From: an uncultured bacterium
GTDB lineage: Bacteria > Verrucomicrobiota > Kiritimatiellia > RFP12 > CAIWXQ01
Length of the DNA: 64,000 nucleotides
Direction of reading: 5' to 3'
NCBI GenBank assembly: GCA_903916675.1
Contig: CAIWXQ010000008.1
Location: 48,270 to 112,269, forward strand
In this document: positions 61,456 to 64,000 of the stretch, piece by piece
Numbering within the stretch: the first letter of the stretch is position 1
How the letters are laid out: each line of letters starts with the position of its first letter
Notes under the pieces: generated by a model
What the model saw: the letters and a program-made list of their open reading frames with translations, nothing else
The model's database searches: none
Told to the model about the DNA's origin: nothing
Position numbers and translations under genes: made by a program

Positions 61456-62775
61456 ATGAGAGAGAGCCACAAGGGAGCGCTGATGGATCTGGATCGCCGG
61501 TCGCGCGAGATTGTTCCGGCGCGGCGGGCACCCGGATCGAGGGAATGGATTTCGCTGTCCGGGCAGCTGGCGCCCGGTGCGGACGAATCGGGGGACGATC
61601 CTGCTGCTCTGGCCTGGTTACCGCTGCTACCCCTCTGTCTGGCGGGCTTCCGTGGCGGGCGGTTGCCGCTGCTGCTGGACGCCTGTGCCTGCCGCCGCAA
61701 CCTGTTTCGGGAGCCGGTGGACTTTTCCCATGCGCTGGCCATCCGTTACTTGGCGCCGCCGGCGAACCTTGCGGACGAGCTGGCCTGGCTGCGCGAAATC
61801 GGCGTGCGGCAGGTGACCCTGCCACTGACGCAGGACGAACTCGCCGCGCGCCAGCGCAAGACGCTGGAGGCCATCCGCAGCCTGCACGGCGAGGGGTTCC
61901 GGATCACGCTTGCGCTGCAGCCGCGCCGCGGCGCGCAGGAAGAGCCGGAGGCCTGGCATCGTTTCTGCCAGGAGGTGTTTTTGCAGGTCGGCTGGCAGCT
62001 TGAGGGGGCGCAATTGGGTGACGGGCCGGCCGATTGGTTCCAGGATCTGCGCGGCCTCCCCGCGGCGGCGAAGCTGTTTGCGAATGTACCGGTTTTGCGC
62101 GGCGAATTTCCTGGTGTCGCGCTACTGGCGCCTGGCCTTGAGGATTTTGGCGCTCGCCTGCCGGTGCAGACATTGAGACTGCTGCTGCCGGACGGCTATG
62201 TGTGGGACCGCCTGACCCTGCGGGCGCCGGCCTGGCGGGAACTGGCGAGTGTGGAGCGGGATGCGGCGTTTCTGCGCCAGTTGACACTGGCGTGCGCGGT
62301 TGCGAGGCGTTCCGGCAGCAGCCGCGGCAAGGTGCGGGTTCTGTTCCCTCCATCGCCGGCCGGCTGCGGCACGGCCGCAGAGGAACGGATCGCCTGCTGC
62401 GTGGCGCGGCGGACCGTGCTGGCGCTGGCCTCGGGCGTCGCGGACCGGACCGCACTGGAGCTGGATCCAGCTGTCGGTGTGGCGGAACGGCAGGTTTTTT
62501 CGCTGGCATTCCGGGAATTGAACGCGCAACTGGAAGGCGCGCGTTTTGAGCGGCGGGTCCACACGGGCGAGCCGGGGCGCGATTTCGTTCTGGAATTCTC
62601 TCGCGTCAGCCAGCCGCCCCTGCTGGTCGGATGGACGGACGGCGAACCCCGGCCGGTTTCCGTTCCGTTCCGCACCGGCGAAGTCAACGACTTCCTGTGC
62701 CGCCCTGTGCCCATGCTCCCCCACCCCCGCATCCGGCTTACGCGTAGCCTGGCGTATTTCAACGGCCAGCCATGA
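61456..62775 (+). CDS. Hypothetical protein
   Basis: 439-aa ORF filling the msrBA-mnmE gap with no recognisable motif. The start codon is uncertain. Confidence 0.35.
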   Translation: MRESHKGALMDLDRRSREIVPARRAPGSREWISLSGQLAPGADESGDDPAALAWLPLLPLCLAGFRGGRLPLLLDACACRRNLFREPVDFSHALAIRYLAPPANLADELAWLREIGVRQVTLPLTQDELAARQRKTLEAIRSLHGEGFRITLALQPRRGAQEEPEAWHRFCQEVFLQVGWQLEGAQLGDGPADWFQDLRGLPAAAKLFANVPVLRGEFPGVALLAPGLEDFGARLPVQTLRLLLPDGYVWDRLTLRAPAWRELASVERDAAFLRQLTLACAVARRSGSSRGKVRVLFPPSPAGCGTAAEERIACCVARRTVLALASGVADRTALELDPAVGVAERQVFSLAFRELNAQLEGARFERRVHTGEPGRDFVLEFSRVSQPPLLVGWTDGEPRPVSVPFRTGEVNDFLCRPVPMLPHPRIRLTRSLAYFNGQP

Positions 62776-64000
62776 GTACCGCGCTGATCGACACCATTGC
62801 GGCGATCGCCACGGCTGAAGGCCCGGCCGGCGTCGCGGTTGTGCGCCTTTCGGGTCCGGACGCCTGGTCGATCGCAGAACAACTGGTGCGCCATCCGGGC
62901 ACACCCATGACGCGCCGTCGCGCGGGGCGTTTTTTTCATGCACAGATCGCGGACCCTGCCAGCGGCGCGGTGATGGATGACGGGCTGGTCCTGTTGTTCC
63001 GTGCCCCAGCCAGCTTTACCGGCGAGGACGTGGTCGAACTCCAGGTACACGGCGGGCTGGCGCCGCCGCGCGCTGTGCTGCGCGCGGTGCTGGCTGCCGG
63101 CGCGCGTCTTGCCGCGCCGGGCGAATTCACGCGCCGGGCGTTCCTGAACGGGCGGATCGACCTGACGCAGGCGGAAGCCGTGATGGATCTGGTTCACGCG
63201 CGCTCCGAGCGCGCGGCGCAGGCGGCGCGCGCCCAGCTGGCGGGCGGACTGGGACAAAAGATCGAGGCATTGTACGGCGACGCGATTGCGCTCTGCGCGG
63301 ACGTGGAAGCGCAGCTTGACTTCGAGGCGGGCGAACTGCCGCCGCGCGTGCGCGGCGAAGCGGAGGCTGTGCGGACAAGCATCCAGGAGCGAATCGCCCG
63401 GCTGCTGGCAACCACCCGCGAAGGCGCACTGCTGCGCCACGGCGCCACAGTCGTAATCGGTGGCTGCCCCAACGCGGGAAAATCCTCGCTGCTCAACGCG
63501 CTTCTGGGGAAAGACAGAGCTATCGTTAGCCATAAGGCAGGTACCACGCGTGACATGATCGAGGAGAGCGTGGTGCTGGACGGGATCCACCTGCGGTTGA
63601 CGGACACCGCCGGCCTGCGCGAGACCGAGTCGTTCGTGGAACAGGAAGGGGTGGCCCGCGCACGCCACGCGCTGGAAAACGCGGACCTGGTGATATACCT
63701 GATCGATGTCTCACGGCCGCTGGCGGAACAGCATCCACACCTGTTCACCCGGATTTTTCGCGAGGAGCCATCGCGCATCCTCTTCGTGCGGAACAAAATC
63801 GATCTTCCGAGCCGGATTTCGCCTGACTCTCTGGCCGACCTTTCGCCGATAATCTCGCTCTCCTTGCGAACTGGTGAGGGCTTGCCGGAACTCAAGGCAG
63901 CCTTGGTGCGCCAGTTGGGGACGGAAAACGAGGCCACAGTACAACCAGCTGTTGCGGAACGTCATAGCGCTGAACTGGCCACAACAGCCGAAGCCCTGCA
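62772..64000 (+). CDS. mnmE: tRNA modification GTPase MnmE/TrmE (3' end beyond window)
   Basis: Translation from the ATG at 62772 gives MSTALIDTIAAIATAEGPAGVAVVRLSGPDA..., with the G-domain GGCPNAGKSSLLNALLG. It is not in the ORF track because no stop lies within the window. Confidence 0.9.
   Translation, partial: MSTALIDTIAAIATAEGPAGVAVVRLSGPDAWSIAEQLVRHPGTPMTRRRAGRFFHAQIADPASGAVMDDGLVLLFRAPASFTGEDVVELQVHGGLAPPRAVLRAVLAAGARLAAPGEFTRRAFLNGRIDLTQAEAVMDLVHARSERAAQAARAQLAGGLGQKIEALYGDAIALCADVEAQLDFEAGELPPRVRGEAEAVRTSIQERIARLLATTREGALLRHGATVVIGGCPNAGKSSLLNALLGKDRAIVSHKAGTTRDMIEESVVLDGIHLRLTDTAGLRETESFVEQEGVARARHALENADLVIYLIDVSRPLAEQHPHLFTRIFREEPSRILFVRNKIDLPSRISPDSLADLSPIISLSLRTGEGLPELKAALVRQLGTENEATVQPAVAERHSAELATTAEAL

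Overview
This 64 kb window is high-GC (roughly 65-67%) bacterial chromosome spanning the replication origin, with dnaA-dnaN near 41.6-44.4 kb flanked by AT-rich DnaA-box-like spacers. Gene content is mostly housekeeping. Recognisable genes include uvrC, nth, pyrF, uxaC, speA with a carboxynorspermidine-dehydrogenase-like gene, psd-pssA, hypE-hypA-hypB, rubrerythrin, a tgt fusion, crcB with a DUF190 gene, larC, yceH, gyrA, purN, a bifunctional msrBA, mnmE and tRNA-Gln(CUG). Gene density and conservation point to core genome rather than a mobile island; the organism cannot be named from sequence alone, but the architecture resembles a PVC-group or Acidobacteria-like soil bacterium. No CRISPR array, restriction-modification system, toxin-antitoxin pair, transposase or integrase is visible.

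The features not explained by ordinary gene content are:
- Two related families of short palindromic repeat elements (MITE/REP-like, built from roughly 10-bp subunits GGACACAGAG/CTCTGTGTCC and GGACACGAAG/CTTCGTGTCC). Copies are inserted in-frame inside uvrC and inside an rlmL-like methyltransferase, and one copy supplies the C-terminus and stop codon of uvrC.
- A second small hairpin family built from ATCGG-type hexamers, with three copies.
- A conserved 18-bp motif, AGATCAATATACGCGACC, lying 55-75 bp upstream of three minus-strand start codons. Its reverse complement reads like a TAnnTTTG-type -7 promoter box.
- A Tgt::MnmC-methyltransferase (DUF752) fusion, co-oriented with an active and a pseudo S1C protease pair.
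- A SWIM plus SNF2-helicase module.
- Two conspicuously low-GC small membrane-protein ORFs.
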